NCBI RefSeq assembly: GCF_009914755.1
Contig: NC_060926.1
DNA from: the human T2T-CHM13v2.0 reference genome, Homo sapiens
DNA: 64,000 bases
Direction: 5' to 3' (one strand)
Shown: piece by piece, positions 26,255 to 40,035 of the stretch
Layout of the letters: every line of letters starts with the position of its first letter
Position numbering within the stretch: the first letter of the stretch is position 1
The notes under the pieces: generated by a model
The model's input: only the letters and a program-made list of their open reading frames with translations
The model's database searches: none
What the model was told of the DNA's origin: nothing
Made by a program: the position numbers and the translations under genes

Positions 26255-26620
26255 TAAGGATGCTTTTGGTTGCAAGTAAGAGAAGGAGAAACTAACAGTA
26301 GCTCAAGAACTAAGGGGTTTATTTATCTCTCAATAAAAATATAAGGGTAGGGAAGTTCCTGGGTTTCTTTTCTACTATCTTGAATATTTTGGTGATTTTT
26401 ACTCCACATTATGGGTGCAACAGCTTCAAACATCACATGAGACAAGACTACATCCAATGGAAGAAGAGGAGTGTTGTCTTGCTCTATGTCTCTTTTTTTG
26501 TAAGGGAAACCATTATCCAGAAGCCATCAGGGGATTTATTCTCACCCTTGTTGGGTCACATTTTTAAACTGTGATGGCAAGGGGAGTGAGACCACCAAGA
26601 CTGGCCTGATGAATACTGGG
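26255..26620. mobile_element. Old MaLR LTR (MLT1-like), degraded
   Basis: gatgcttttggttgcaagtaagaga..tagctcaag..ggtttattt resembles an old MLT1 terminus. Confidence 0.45.
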
Positions 26621-28654
26621 AAAGGGATCACCTATTAGTAAGCACACAAATATATTTGAAGAAAGAAGGGACAGAGGTGGTGGAAGTGGTAGTGGTGGAG
26701 TTTGTAGAATGGCTGTGTAGAATCATTATTATGCATAATACCAGGAATTCCATTTTTGCCATGGTTGTTGTGAATGTTACCCTCTGGAATTGTTGCACCA
26801 CACCATGAAAATGATTGTACCATTCGACTTGCATCTGAGTAACAAATAGAGCCTATCAGAATACTCATAATACTTTTTAGCCCACTGTCTAGCTCTGAGC
26901 TTTTTTAATAATCTAATTTATATCTTAATTTTGAGAACCTACTTTGCATGTTTCTGTGGCTCATAGCATAGCTATGAGCCCATCATTTCAGAAGCAATCA
27001 GGACCTTGGGATGTGGAAACTATTACTCTCAAAATTGATTAAAGTGTTTAAATGCTTCCAATTTAAGCAAATCATAGAGACTCTGGCCACATATAATAGT
27101 AAAATAAATATTTCAACATAAACTTTCAAAAAATTAAAATAATAAATCATTTGAACTGGCATATATGGTAGACACAATAATGAATGACTAAATGAATGAA
27201 TGGAGTTAAGTCTACCTGAAGAAGAAACAGCTAAAGAGGAAAAAGCAAGGTATTTCCTGATACTCCAGCTAGCCATTTTTAGCTCCTTGGAGATAAGAAA
27301 TAATATTTTAAAATGCAGCAGAAAGGATATGGTATAGGCAATGTTGCACCAGAAAAGAACTGAAATATTGGGCCATGTTACCAGGCTCAGTTATTGATTC
27401 TGGAAATTTTAAATAAAGACTTAACTTTACCTGTGATGATACTGAACTTAAACTTATAAAATGTCACATCACTGTATTGATAAGACAGTGATAAAAAATT
27501 ATGGCAGCTTTCACTTCAAATCATTTTTATAGGGCCATTGCCAATGTTTACCTTCTAGAAGGAAAGGACGAAGAGGAGGAGGTACGGGAGGAGAGTCATA
27601 TAAATCATGAATAATTTAAAATGTATGTATAGAAACATGGCTTCAACTTTAATAAACATCTACCTATAAATATTGTTTTAAAAATAGAAATCATTCTTTT
27701 AATTACCATAACTATACTGCTTAAAGCTACACAGTTGCACAGCATGCTCATGTCAGCCCTTGTTTAATGAAGGCTATTTGTACCTCTTCTGACAGAGCAA
27801 TAACTTTCTTTCCTTATTCTCCCTTCCATCTATCACAGAAGCATCCTTGATGTTTGCCATAGTTAAACATGCATTATATCTACTCTTGTCATTATAATAT
27901 TGTCTATATTGTTGGCTATGTGTCACAATGAATAGAGTATCTGAGGACAAAAAAATATAAACACCAACTTTAGCTCTCCAGCAGCTGTTAGTAGTCAAAA
28001 CAGAAACCTAGATAGTTCAAGGTCCTCTCAGTTTTTTTTTTTTTTAGTTCTCAGTCTTCTTTGGAGACACATTCAGTTAATTTTGGAATCTCCTCTTACC
28101 ATTCTTTTCTTTTGATGGGTACTCTAGATCCTGTTTTTGACAAGAAGGCTTGTGGTTCACAGCCATATTCTGTCTTCACTGAGGTGTAACTCACTTGGCT
28201 CAGGCATGGCGCTTGAACTTCTGTCTCAGATACATGTGCAGTAGGTATCCATGGTCCTACCATGTGGGTCTTCAGCTTGTATGATCCAAAATGCATCCAG
28301 TCAGTGTGTCCCGTGGATACGAATGCATGTTTATCCTAGTCCAATGAAATTCTTTCAGCCTTTCTGCATCCCTCTTAGGAGCTTCATAATCTTTTGGATA
28401 TTTTTCCACACCATGCTCGGTGTCTGACCTCAGAGAATCTGTCATCAGATCTAATCCTGAAGGCATCTTACTAACTCATTGTTTCTATTCCCAAGTGGCA
28501 TTATAATTAACACAGGCTTCTTTAAAAAGAGAGGATGGGGAAGAGGGCAACCCATACTTATGGCTAAGCCTTATTCTTCCCCTCTCCTTTGTGTCCAAGT
28601 CTCTCCTTCCACCACTGTCTCCTATTTGTTTTCATAACTCCAATCTGAATGAGA

Positions 28655-28947
28655 TTTTTTTCTTTTCTTTAAAAAAACCATAAACTTAAGGGGTACAGTT
28701 GCAGTTATGTTACATGGATATATTACATAGTTGTAAAGTCTGGGCTTTAGGTGTAACAATCACTCAAATAGTGTACATTGTACCCATTAAGTCATTTTTT
28801 CAGCCCTCACTCACCTCCCAACCCTCCCAGCCTTCTGAGTCTCCAATATCTATTATTCCACAGTCTACATCCATCTGTACACATTATTTAACTCCTACTG
28901 ATATGTGAGAACATGTGGTATGTGACTGTTTCTGAGTTGTTTCACTT
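28655..28947 (-). mobile_element. L1 3'-end fragment (L1PB/L1MA-like)
   Basis: T-rich tail, ggggtacagttgcagttatgttacatggatatatt..gtacattgtacccat..gtgagaacatgtggtat..tttctgagttgtttcactt. Confidence 0.85.
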
Positions 28948-29569
28948 TTCTCTGTATTCCAAAAATCATCTTTTACTTTATCCTTTATTCTTTCCAACAG
29001 CGTTATTTTTGGTATAAACTGTGCTTTACATCCTTAGGGCTTTTAATTTTTCATTTTCAAACAATTTTCTCTCTATATCCTTTGTACTTCTTTTCTTGTT
29101 TTTTAAAGTTATTTGTCTTTATGAATAGAACTCAAAGTTGAGATTTTGACTCTTTTTCCTTAGCCATTTAAATCCTCCCCTGGAAGATGATTCCATATGG
29201 ACTGATATGGTCACGGTAATAGATGCACAGAAAATGCAGGGGATGTCCAGGGAAAGAAATATCAGTTAATATCTCAAAATATGATTCTATTAACCTACCA
29301 TAATAGCCCATGGGATTGAAAAAAATCTTTAGAGAGAAACATATCAAATCCTAAAAGAACCAAGTACTAATTGCTCTCACACATTTTGCCTGCATAATAT
29401 TTAGAACCAATTGTTGAAAGATAGTTCAGTTAAAGAGCAGTATTGAACATAACAACAAACATCTCCATTATGATTTTTCCATTTTCTGCTGATTATTTAG
29501 GTGTTTGTATTTGCAACATCCTAAAAGTAATCTTTATGGATGAGAAACTAAAATTTGTTGTGGGTCATC

Positions 29570-29770
29570 CATTGAGTGCGCTTTTTACCTAATTTATTTC
29601 ACACAATTTTGAGGAAAAACTTATCATCTCAATTTTCAGGTAAGGAAACTGAGTCTCAAAGAGGATAGATAGCTTGCAGTAAGGACAGAAATCTAGTAAG
29701 TTGTAGAGGTAGGAATTCTACCCAGTTCTATCTTGCTGCAAAGTCCTTGCACTTCTTATTATGCAGTGCA
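29570..29770 (-). mobile_element. MIR
   Basis: tcatctcaattttcaggtaaggaaactgagtctcaaagagg (MIR core). Confidence 0.7.
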
Positions 29771-30128
29771 CCTGCCCCTCTCACTTCTAGTGGTCCTTTT
29801 GCTTTACTGAGCTTCACTCTAGTATGTTCATACCTAGAATTAGTGTGATGATGGTGAGGAAATTGCTCAATACTTTTCAGACCTGTCCAGGCAAAATTTC
29901 CCATCCTAATCAGATCTGAAGTTACTCACTCATCCTGTAAAGCCAAGCTGAAACATGGTGGTGCAATAGAGTTCCTGTTTATTGTTCAGTTTAACTGGTA
30001 GATCTTGACTACCTTTTTAAAAAAATGTCAACCTTTTATTAAGTTGATGAGGGTGAGGGAACACAAAGACCAAAGGTCTATTATTTAATATTTTATTCTT
30101 GGTTTGGGCTATGATTCAAAATATGTAA

Positions 30129-30433
<305 letters not shown>

Positions 30434-30834
30434 GGTTTTCACTTTTGTTTCTTTGGTTAAACTAAAAATGATAACCTTGAGGGGGACTTAGACTTCTTTC
30501 ATAGATGGTTTTTCTGTTCCTTCTTCTACTTTCTTTTCCCTTTTCTCCCTAAAACTGACATTCTCTTAAACCATAGTCATCCTGTTCAAAAAATAACAAT
30601 ATGCAATGTGGAATTAATTCAGGGTGAGGTTAAAATTGAAGCAGAATTACATATGTATATATAATGTATTCAAATATAATATACATATTCAAAGATTGTT
30701 TATAAGATATTTGGTAACTTTAATATGCTTTATAAAAATGGAAATTACTCTTTCTCCATCAAAATGAAGTGGAATTATAGAACTTAATCCTTGCAGATAA
30801 ATAATAACATTGGAAGGGATGTTTACATTTTTTA

Positions 30835-31000
30835 AGGCAACATCTCCCAAAGTGTGGTCTCGACCCTATATTTTAGATTAATCTGGAGAGGTTACAGGAT
30901 CCTTTTCCAGACCAAATGAATCAGAATCTTTGAGGAGAATACTGGAATCTACTTTTAACATGACCTGTGATGATTCTTTATCAGACTTAAGTTTGACTGC
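30835..31000. mobile_element. MER5-like hAT-Charlie element
   Basis: tctcccaaagtgtggtc..agaccaaatgaatcagaatct..ggaatctacttttaaca..gtgatgattct..aagtttga. Confidence 0.65.
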
Positions 31001-31104
31001 TTCTCCCCTGTGGCATACATAGGTCTAGACCACCTCACCCTCAAGTGAGAATCACACTTACCAAATTCCAAGTAGCTTGAATCCATTTATACTTGGGGTA
31101 TCCT

Positions 31105-31164
31105 CCTTCCTTCCTTCCTTCCTTCCTTCCTTCCTTCCTTCCTTCCTTCCTTCCTTCCTTCCTT
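31105..31164 (+). repeat. (CCTT)15 tetranucleotide repeat
   Basis: Perfect CCTT run. Confidence 0.95.
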
Positions 31165-32510
31165 CTTTCCTGTATGGATATATGAATTGATACCTATATA
31201 GATGTGAGAGACAGAGAGAGAGAGAGAGAGAAAGAAAGAAAGGGAAAAGAAAAGAAAAGAAAAGAAGTGAGAGAATCCATTATCTGAAAGCAAGTAAAAC
31301 AATCATAATCTCTCCTTCCTGAAGCTTGATGTTCTCTTGCCCTAAGTTGAATACAGATGTATCCTCCATAGTCTTACACCCAGCAACACTTTTAGTCATA
31401 GCTAAGCCTGTCTTTCTTTATGGAGACCTTCCTTGTCTTGATGGCTCTTCTTTTAATCTCTTACTTTTCTCTCATGATCTTTTTGTCCCTCTTTTAATAA
31501 ATAGCTACAGGGTATACAGAACTATAACATGCATCTGGCCATCATGAAGAGACCTACTGATTTCAACATTTTATCTTTTATCAGGGCATTTCATAATTGG
31601 TTTTGAAACTCTGTTTTCTCATTATTATCTGCTTTGATATCTACACCCTTTAATCTGCCCTCATCCATAGCTAGTTATGGATTCCACGGCTGCTGGAGAT
31701 GGAGATCACCTATGTGATGATCTTTGGACCTCTCAGAGTGTAACCCCTTTTTACTCCAACACACACAGATGCATATATAATTCTGAAAAAAATATCAGTG
31801 GTCCTCCAAGTGTCAAGGAAACAGCTTAGAAATTACCCCATGAAATCTTCACAAATCACCAAATACAAAGGCGTTGTCTTTTTTATGACTTGTGCTCCCC
31901 TACATTGCCATAAAACACTGTATATTAGTATATTTCCTAGTTTCTATCTTACCTCACCCTTCAAACACCTTGAGGACCGAAATGATTTTTTTTAATTACA
32001 TCATTGGATTCCAAAACAATTCCTGACCCACAGTAGATACTCATTAAATCTCTTGAATAAAAGATTAAAATAAAGTAATTAAAGATTAAAAATAAAGCAA
32101 ATTTATATTGCTATAGTTACAACTATTATTCCTTGAGGATGAGGACTTACTTATGAATATTATAGGTGTTCAATACATTTTTGATGAATGAATTGTAAAC
32201 CAATAAATAAACAATATTTTCAGCAAGGTAACTAAATTTAGTTTACCATGAGGACCATCATATTCTATTAGACATATCAACTTTATTAAAAATATAAGTT
32301 TATACACATTCACATCTCTATATATTCTCATAATGCTTTATTATGAAACATCTTACACTTAATTTCCTTCTTTTTAAGCTTAGAAGAAAGAACATATTCT
32401 ATGTATAAATGGCCGCCTACTAAATACTATTCACTAGGATTTTACTACAATGTGGATTTTGGTTTCTAATGTGTCTGTACACAGAGCTATGTTTATGTAG
32501 GTTTTTGATC

Positions 32511-32681
32511 TTGTTTCTTTTTAGAGACGGAGTCTCGCTATATTGCCCAAGATGTAGCGCAGTGGCTATTCACAGGCATGAACGTCACACTCTATAGGCT
32601 TGTACTCCTGGGTTCAAGCAATCTTTCTGCCTCTGTCTCTCAACTAACTGGGACTAAAGTTGCATACCACCACACCTGGTC
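32511..32681 (-). mobile_element. FAM (fossil Alu monomer, 7SL-derived)
   Basis: Single monomer retaining the 7SL-like segment cagtggctattcacaggc, which dimeric Alus lack. Confidence 0.75.
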
Positions 32682-34099
32682 ATGTAGTTTTTCATAACAT
32701 ATTTGTATATACATAAGTGTATATACTTACCCATGAAAAATAAATATATATACAGCCATATTGTTTTCCAGAATGTATGTGTTTTTATAAATAGGTGAAA
32801 GAGAGAAAAAATTATGTCTTTTTCAGGAACAAATATAAGCAAATAGACATATTTCTTCATTAATATCAAAATGAAGTTTTTTCTAGAATTATTATGCAAT
32901 TAGCTATAAGAATTAATGTTGTAGGATCATTATTAACATATTTATATTGTCAATTTTTTTCACCTTTTTCTTTTCCTTGTCTTCTAATTTCTTCTTTGGT
33001 TTTTCTTCTTTAACCTTACCTTAGCCTCTCTTCTTACTACTCTTACTCTTGAAACAACTCAAATATAAGCATAAAAAGCCTATTGTGAAGGAAAAATGAC
33101 TGAATCATGTGTCTCCAGTGAGGCAACATGTAAACAGCTCTAGTCAAAAGATGCTTGCTAGGATTCAGAGGAGAACATGTGTTTACCATATCTTCTTTGT
33201 TATATTCTGAGCCAGATGAGTCAATAGAGGTACCATATCTACATCTACAGAAAATGCAATCCTGTCTCAACAGTTGAAACTTCTTGTTTGTCTGAGCCAC
33301 ATGCTACTGGAGATTTGATTGATCACAAGTAAATAAAGGTATGAAGCTTCCTAACATTGGAAAATGCATTTGGGAATTTCCACCTAACATTCACTTCCTC
33401 CATGGCAGATGCCTGTCTTTGAGCTTAGGTTAAAATGCCAGGATTTTATTCTAGAGGATCGTACCTTAATTCCTCTTCGTAACCAATAAACAGAAATGCG
33501 TCAAGGGTTTCAGCCAGTAACAGCAGTTTCTTCTCTGTATTTGCTACCCTATGTCAACATGTCAACTAACGTGATCTCCCCTAATGATCTCCCCTAATGG
33601 AATAGATGCAAGGTATGATTTGGTACGTTTTGACTTAGACGGATCTGCTCACTGTAGAAAAAGAAAAGCTGCTTGCTTTATTTTGCAGGTTATTACTCTA
33701 AGGCTTGGAATGCTTGGCATCTGTGTGCTCCTTAAATTGTCTTATTACCTTGTGAATGGGCACCACGCCATGCTAGCAGATGGTCATATGGAATGCCAGA
33801 AACCTGGGCTGTGTATCATTTTTGAGTATTAGTGCCTAGAAATCAATGACATTTTAAATGCAGCTATTGGGCTTGAATCATACCTGGAGAGAACATTAAT
33901 ACACTTCGGGGCTTGTCAAATAATAGACAGTACTCCAGTATACTGAAGGTGAAGATACTTTGAGAAGGATGAATATAGATCCTGTATCTCTTACTCTCTT
34001 GATCTTTCTATCACAGTCAGGATGTAGTATTTTATTACTGGGATTTTTTTTTTTCTAAGAAACACATAGGGTTCTGTCTCAGGTGGCAAGACACAAGAG

Positions 34100-34290
34100 A
34101 AATGGTATGGGTTTTGGTGACCACGCATAAATTACTTAACCTCTCTGAACTTGTTTCATCATGTATATGATGTAAATTGAAGTAATAAATTATATAATGT
34201 TAGGTATTTGTTTATGTATCTCACAGAGTTATTGTGCAAATGAAATGTGACACTGGCTAAGAAAGTGTTCTGTGAATTGTACTGTACTAT
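34100..34290 (+). mobile_element. MIR, degraded
   Basis: aattacttaacctctctgaacttgtttcatcatgta..tcacagagttattgtg. Confidence 0.55.
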
Positions 34291-36659
34291 TTAAATGATA
34301 GTTGTGAGCCTTTCTTTTTTCTTTGACCTTTCAGGAGTCGAGTTAACTTTTGTATCACTAATTGCAGTTCTGAGGAAGAGAACGTCAAGATTAAGTTTGG
34401 GCATCAGAAGTTCTTGCCACTAAGCTGCTCACAAGAGGTTAATAATGAGTTCTACCGCATCAAAATTATTTGTTTCCTATAATGGAAAAGGAAAAATCTT
34501 CATGCTATCTCCACTGGGCAGAAAGCAGGAGGGCAATTTGTACACCACATCTATACTACCCAAGAGAAGAGGAGAGTGAAGAAATTTTTTGGTGAATTTA
34601 GGCATTATAGACAGCTGATCTAGACTACTTCAGTTCCAAAGTGAAATTCTGTGTATAAATTATTCAGAACGACTCCCTATCCAGATCAGTGCCAGTTGAA
34701 CATATATATGCTCATCCCTTTGCTTCATATTGGTTTCAGCCTTTTAGGCCCAGGAGATTTCTGACATTGTTCCATTTTACTTAGACTCAAATAAGGTTAA
34801 AAACCAAATACATGAAAAATAAAAAGAAGTCTGAAAGTATTTTTACTTTTTTGTTTAATGTAATGTGTTCTGTGGATTAACATAGATGGGAATGGTACAA
34901 CTTGGATCATAGATGCTAATAGAAAGCATGAAACAATTGCCTCTACCAGGCTCTACTATCTAAAGTTGAGAGAATTTGACCCTGGATTCTCAGCTCTATT
35001 TCAGAAAATGCTTTGGTGATTACTCTAGACTAGATTTGTCCCCTTCCTTTTCTGCCAACAAGCCTGTTTTATGTACATTGAGTGAGTGGGAAGAGATGAA
35101 AAATACAATGAAAGGCCTCCTCCACAAAGCTCTGTGAGTATGTCATAATATAAAAAGCTGATTTCTTCTTATTAGTGTAGCTTATCTCAGTGTAGTCCAA
35201 AACGTGACAAATGACACTGAGAAACTGGCACATACTTGAGTATTTTTTTTTTAAATAAACCTCCTAACACGTCAGAATCTTACATTGCTCATTGTTTTTC
35301 TTTCCAAGATTTTTCTCATTTTTATTTTATATAGTAGTTTAAAACTATGTTGATTTGTTTCAGCTTTAGAAATGCTCATATCCTGAGGCAAGTAGGAGTT
35401 GGGGAAAAAATCCATATGTAAGCCCACCCTTTTTTTAAAACAATAAAAAAAGTAAATTTTAAGTTGATAAACTACCACTGGCTAATCTAAAACTAGGAAA
35501 TCCAAATGGTGATTATGTTCCAATGAAATTATTTCTGAAATTCATTATCTTTCTTTAAAAAATGTTTCAACAATATTTTTAGAAAAATATTCATTAGGGT
35601 AATAGGTCGAATTTCATATTAAAACAGTACAGCTCCCCTTTTAGATAACTAATTAGGCTGAAGAATAAAAATGATATTAATTATTGAAATAATGTTAACT
35701 TCTTAAGTTTAGGGAAATTTTAAATATGCTTAAAGTGAAACAACACTGATTAATGTTTTTGAAGTATTATTATGATGGGAATAAAAGTCAATTAGATTAA
35801 AGCTATACTAGTAAGGGTGGTATAAATGAAAGTGACATCAGGTATCAATTTACTGTCTGGCTTGACATATGAGTTGTCTTTTTACCACTAAGAGTCCTCT
35901 CAGGGAAGCACAACAACAACAAAGTGATTTAAAAGGGTTTAAATATGCCCAATTCTCTCATACAATCTGAGCAATGAGCTTTTTATGTGTCAGAATACTT
36001 ATGAAATGCTAGAAAACTGCAGATCTACTGGAAGAAAAAAAATCATCTGTTTCTTTCTGTAAGCCTCTTGCCCTCCCATTTAGCTGTTTTGACATGAACT
36101 ACGTATTGACATAATCATTACCAATATCTTTCTAACTGCTCTAATAACAAATTCTTGTTTTTTAAAAATGTCTCCACTGGTGGGTTAGTGCTGGTGATTA
36201 GAATAGCATAAATGAATCTAGACTTAGTAATAGTATACTATAATTTCATTGTAAATATTGAGTCTTATATTTCCATATAGAAGATGAGACTGTCTGTACT
36301 GTTCTAAGCAGTAGATGAACTCCTGACACTTCTTTATCAACCCGTGACTAGTAATTTCATACTATTCCAAAATGAATCATTTTTAAGAAGTCTCTTTTTG
36401 TTAGTATAACACAGGACACAGTATTCCTGCGTCATATGTATATATGCAGGCTGGAATGAAAATATTAGCAAATGATGTTTGCAGAGTGTTTTAGGGCTTG
36501 CAAAACTTGTTCATCTACCCTATTCTAACTTAAGGTTCAAGGGAGATAGGTGATTTGTCTAAGATCCCACAGCTCATGGTATAGAGTGGATTTGATGTCT
36601 GTGACCTCAAATTCTAGGCTGATTCAAATGCTAAACCATTTCCCCCCAGAGTGTTCAAA

Positions 36660-36860
36660 GGTATGGCCTTTGGGGATAGTTGATCTGGGTTTGAATCTCA
36701 ACCCTTGAATTAACCTTGGACAAATTATTAAATATCTTAGTCCCTGTCAACCGGAAAAAATGCTCCTTAACACCTTTTGAGTTGTGAGGATTAAATAAAG
36801 CAATGCTGATATTGCTCCTAACACAGGACCTGGCACATTGTGATCAATCAATAAATATTG
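36660..36860 (+). mobile_element. MIR
   Basis: tctgggtttgaatctc..ttgtgaggattaaataa..ctggcacattgtgatcaatcaataaata. Confidence 0.65.
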
Positions 36861-38699
36861 ATTATTTCTTACGTGTACATTCTTGTGCCCATTTATGTTT
36901 ACTAGTAGTCATTTGTGTATTTGTGCGTTTTGACTTTCCTCAAGTCTTAACTTGTTCCTCAAGTTTCCCAAGGGAAATGACTTACAATTTTTTGTATTCT
37001 CTGTAGAGGATAGAAAAATGCTCTTAGAATGAATGTGGAAGTGAATGATACTAGAAAAAGCTTTAGGGATCAATGCTGAAATGAACGAAACCAAAATGTT
37101 TCAATATGGCACTTAATGAAACTATTGAAGGTAATTGGAGCCCGTTATTATGTATCTATTCTAGAGAACATGAATATCTAAAAATCTGATATTTTTCACT
37201 TATAGTTCAATTAGCAGTAATGCCTTCTGAGTTATGATGCCAATACTTTAAGTTAGTTTATTCAATGATGCAGAAACTCCCTGACTTCACATGTAATCAT
37301 TTTGGTGTTTGCATATCTAGGTTTTTCATATGTTTTAGCAGTTCCCTCAGGCAAACATTTGTATTTACCATTTGAACTACAATATTAATATGTAAATGAG
37401 TTTACCAAATAGCCAAAGTTCTCGTTATTGACCTTTAGAATATTGTTACATATCTAGTCATTAGCATATAATCAACAACAATGTATACAAATCTTGGACT
37501 TGCTTTTTTGAAAGACTTTATGTCATATAGGAAGTAAGCAACAACAACAACAAAAAACTTTCTGTAAGCATATAAAGCCATCCCACCTGGAGGTGGAAGA
37601 GAAAATCAACACAGTAAGGATGTGTATGTAGCAAATACACAAATAGGACAAGTGGTGTAAAATGCTAAGTCCACTTGGTTGAATTGCAATACATGCATAG
37701 CATGTTTGGGGCAGTTATTGCATTTATCTTCTTTTTTGCTAAATAGGAGAGTATAGTCATTATCTCTTAAGAGTTTATCAATCTCATTGCTTCTTCTGCA
37801 CCTCAGGTCACATTCCGTTGCTGTGGGGAGGGTTGTGATGTCATAGAGAATCATCACCTCAGCTGAGGTACAAACAGCAGGAGCTGGCCCACTCGTAGGC
37901 AACCAAGAGCTTCTTTGCAGACAAATGTTCTTGGCCATAACAACACTAAGAATATGGCAATAAATGGCTATGATCTTCTCAAACTTTCTCTTACTGCTTT
38001 TTTTTTTTTTTGCAAAAAGAAAAAAATGAGATTAGTACAAAGTTATTAAGTAAAATACAATGGCTCTGATGTAAGTCTAACTCTCCAGGAGGCCAGCCTC
38101 CTGGTTGCCTCCAGAATCACCAGGCATCATTCCAAAATCTGAACACTAAAATCAACAGATCGTGAAGGAGGCCAGTTTGAGTAAGATTCATCCGAGTAGG
38201 AAGCACCAGTTTTAGGGTCCTGACTGAGGTCCAGACCAGGCTAGCTTCCAGGACCTTGCCGGTGGGCAAGAGAGTGCCCTGAAACCCTCTGACTGGGACT
38301 TCAGAGCCAGCACTCTTTTACCCACTGATAAAATAGGGAACTCCAGGGCATACTAGTATACCTCAAACCATATTCATTTATCCGAGGGAGTGTTAGACTT
38401 CTAGAGGATTAATCTCTTGGTTGTCTCCTAACCAAAAGAGTCCCTGATTTACCACACCTTGGGAAACATTGTGCACATGGACAGTTCTTCATGTTCTACA
38501 GGTGAAGATTTCTTACACAGACGCATATACAGATACACAGATATACAAATAAACGTATAATTTAAAAAACACTGGTTTTAGCTTAGTTATATAATTTACT
38601 GAGAACATGTGCTCTGTGCGAGATCCTAGGGTGACTGCAAAAGAGGAATATGACACAAGGCTTGCCTTCAACTAGATTATATATAATCAATGACAGGAT

Positions 38700-39040
38700 C
38701 AGAGATTTCCAGAAGTAGGATCATCTAGTCCAACTCTCTCATTTTATAGATGAAGAGACCGAGGCTTAGAAAGGCTGAATATCATACAAAGTACTAGCAT
38801 ATGTAAGCCCCAGTCTCTAATAATTGTAACAATAACTTCGATGACTTGGATAACGACCACTACCACAGTTTCTCTAATCTTTACTACATGCAAACCCACT
38901 GCCAAGTGACTTGCATGCATTATCTCATTTAATGACCCACCGAGGCCGGTTATCAAGATCCCAATTTTATGAGTAAGTACCTTGTCTGAGGTCACACAGC
39001 TAGCAAATGGCACAGTCGAATTCAAATTCAGTGCTGACTG
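38700..39040 (-). mobile_element. Two MIR fragments
   Basis: cattttatagatgaagagaccgaggcttaga (~38740) and cattatctcatttaat..cccaattttat..gaggtcacacagctagcaaatggca (~38920-39030). Confidence 0.65.
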
Positions 39041-39721
39041 ACTGGACATTCTATGGAAACCAGGGAGATTTCTACACATATTGTGCCTTTCCTTACATGC
39101 TTGTGATAAAAGAAACAAAAGTGAGAGTCAGTGTATAACAAAATGTTAAGTAAAATATAATCAAGTGCCAAAGCAAAGGTAGAAATAAGGATGTTATGAG
39201 TGGTCAGAAAGAGGACAGGTCTGGCTTGTGCCTGCAGAAAGGGAATGTGAGCAATGTTGCAGAGGGAGTACTGAGCATGGTGAAGGGGGAGAGGTGTGAG
39301 GAGCTAAGGCTTCCTGAAAGAGGAGTGCAGCTGGAGGGCAAGAATGCAGGGATTAATGAGGGTCTTTAGCATAGTCAAGATGAGACACCACTTTTTATAG
39401 TTACTGTAACGACTTCAGATTTGCTGTCTTTTTAAAATTGAGGCACAAATCTTTTCAACTGGCAGTCTAACTTCTCTTAATTTATATATTAATTCAGTAA
39501 TTCAGAGAAGCAAGACACTACGAAACGTTCATCTAGAATGTAGTACCTCTTATGGTCTCTCTCCTAGGCTCTGCCTACACAGACTGCTTTGGATGGACAT
39601 TTCTGCATTTGCTTTTGAGAACTATGTAATTATGCATTGATCTTGGGAGGGAATTTTAAAAAGCAAGTGTGGTATTTAGGCAGCTTTGGAAGAGGAAAAA
39701 AAGCAAAGAAATATAATTATA

Positions 39722-40035
39722 CACTGTGCGTGTTGGCTTACACCTATAATCCAGCACTTTGAAAGTCTGAGTTGGGGGGATTGTCAGGAGTTCAAGACCA
39801 GCCTGGGCAACATAGTGAGACCTCATCTCTTCCAAAAATTAAAAAAAAAAAGAAATTAGCCAGGCATGGTGGTGCACTCCTGCAGTCTCACCTACTCAGG
39901 AGGCTAAAGAGGGAGGAGGATTGCTTGAGCCCAGGAGTTCAAGGCTGCAAGGAGCTATGATCTCACCACTGCACTCCAGCCTGGGTGACAGAGCCAGACC
40001 ATGTCAAAAAATTTTAAAGAAAGAAAAACAAGAAA
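39722..40035 (+). mobile_element. AluJ
   Basis: ggagttcaagaccagcctgggcaacatagtgagacc..gattgcttgagcccaggagttcaaggctgca plus A-rich tail. Confidence 0.9.

Noticed and set aside
31087-31302. ORF with GRKE repeats (and THTH-repeat ORFs at 11706 and 53758)
   Set aside because: Translations of (CCTT)n and (TG)n microsatellites.
32511-32681. Possible 7SL (SRP) RNA gene
   Set aside because: Lacks most of the S domain, is heavily diverged and has a retroposed tail; it fits FAM.
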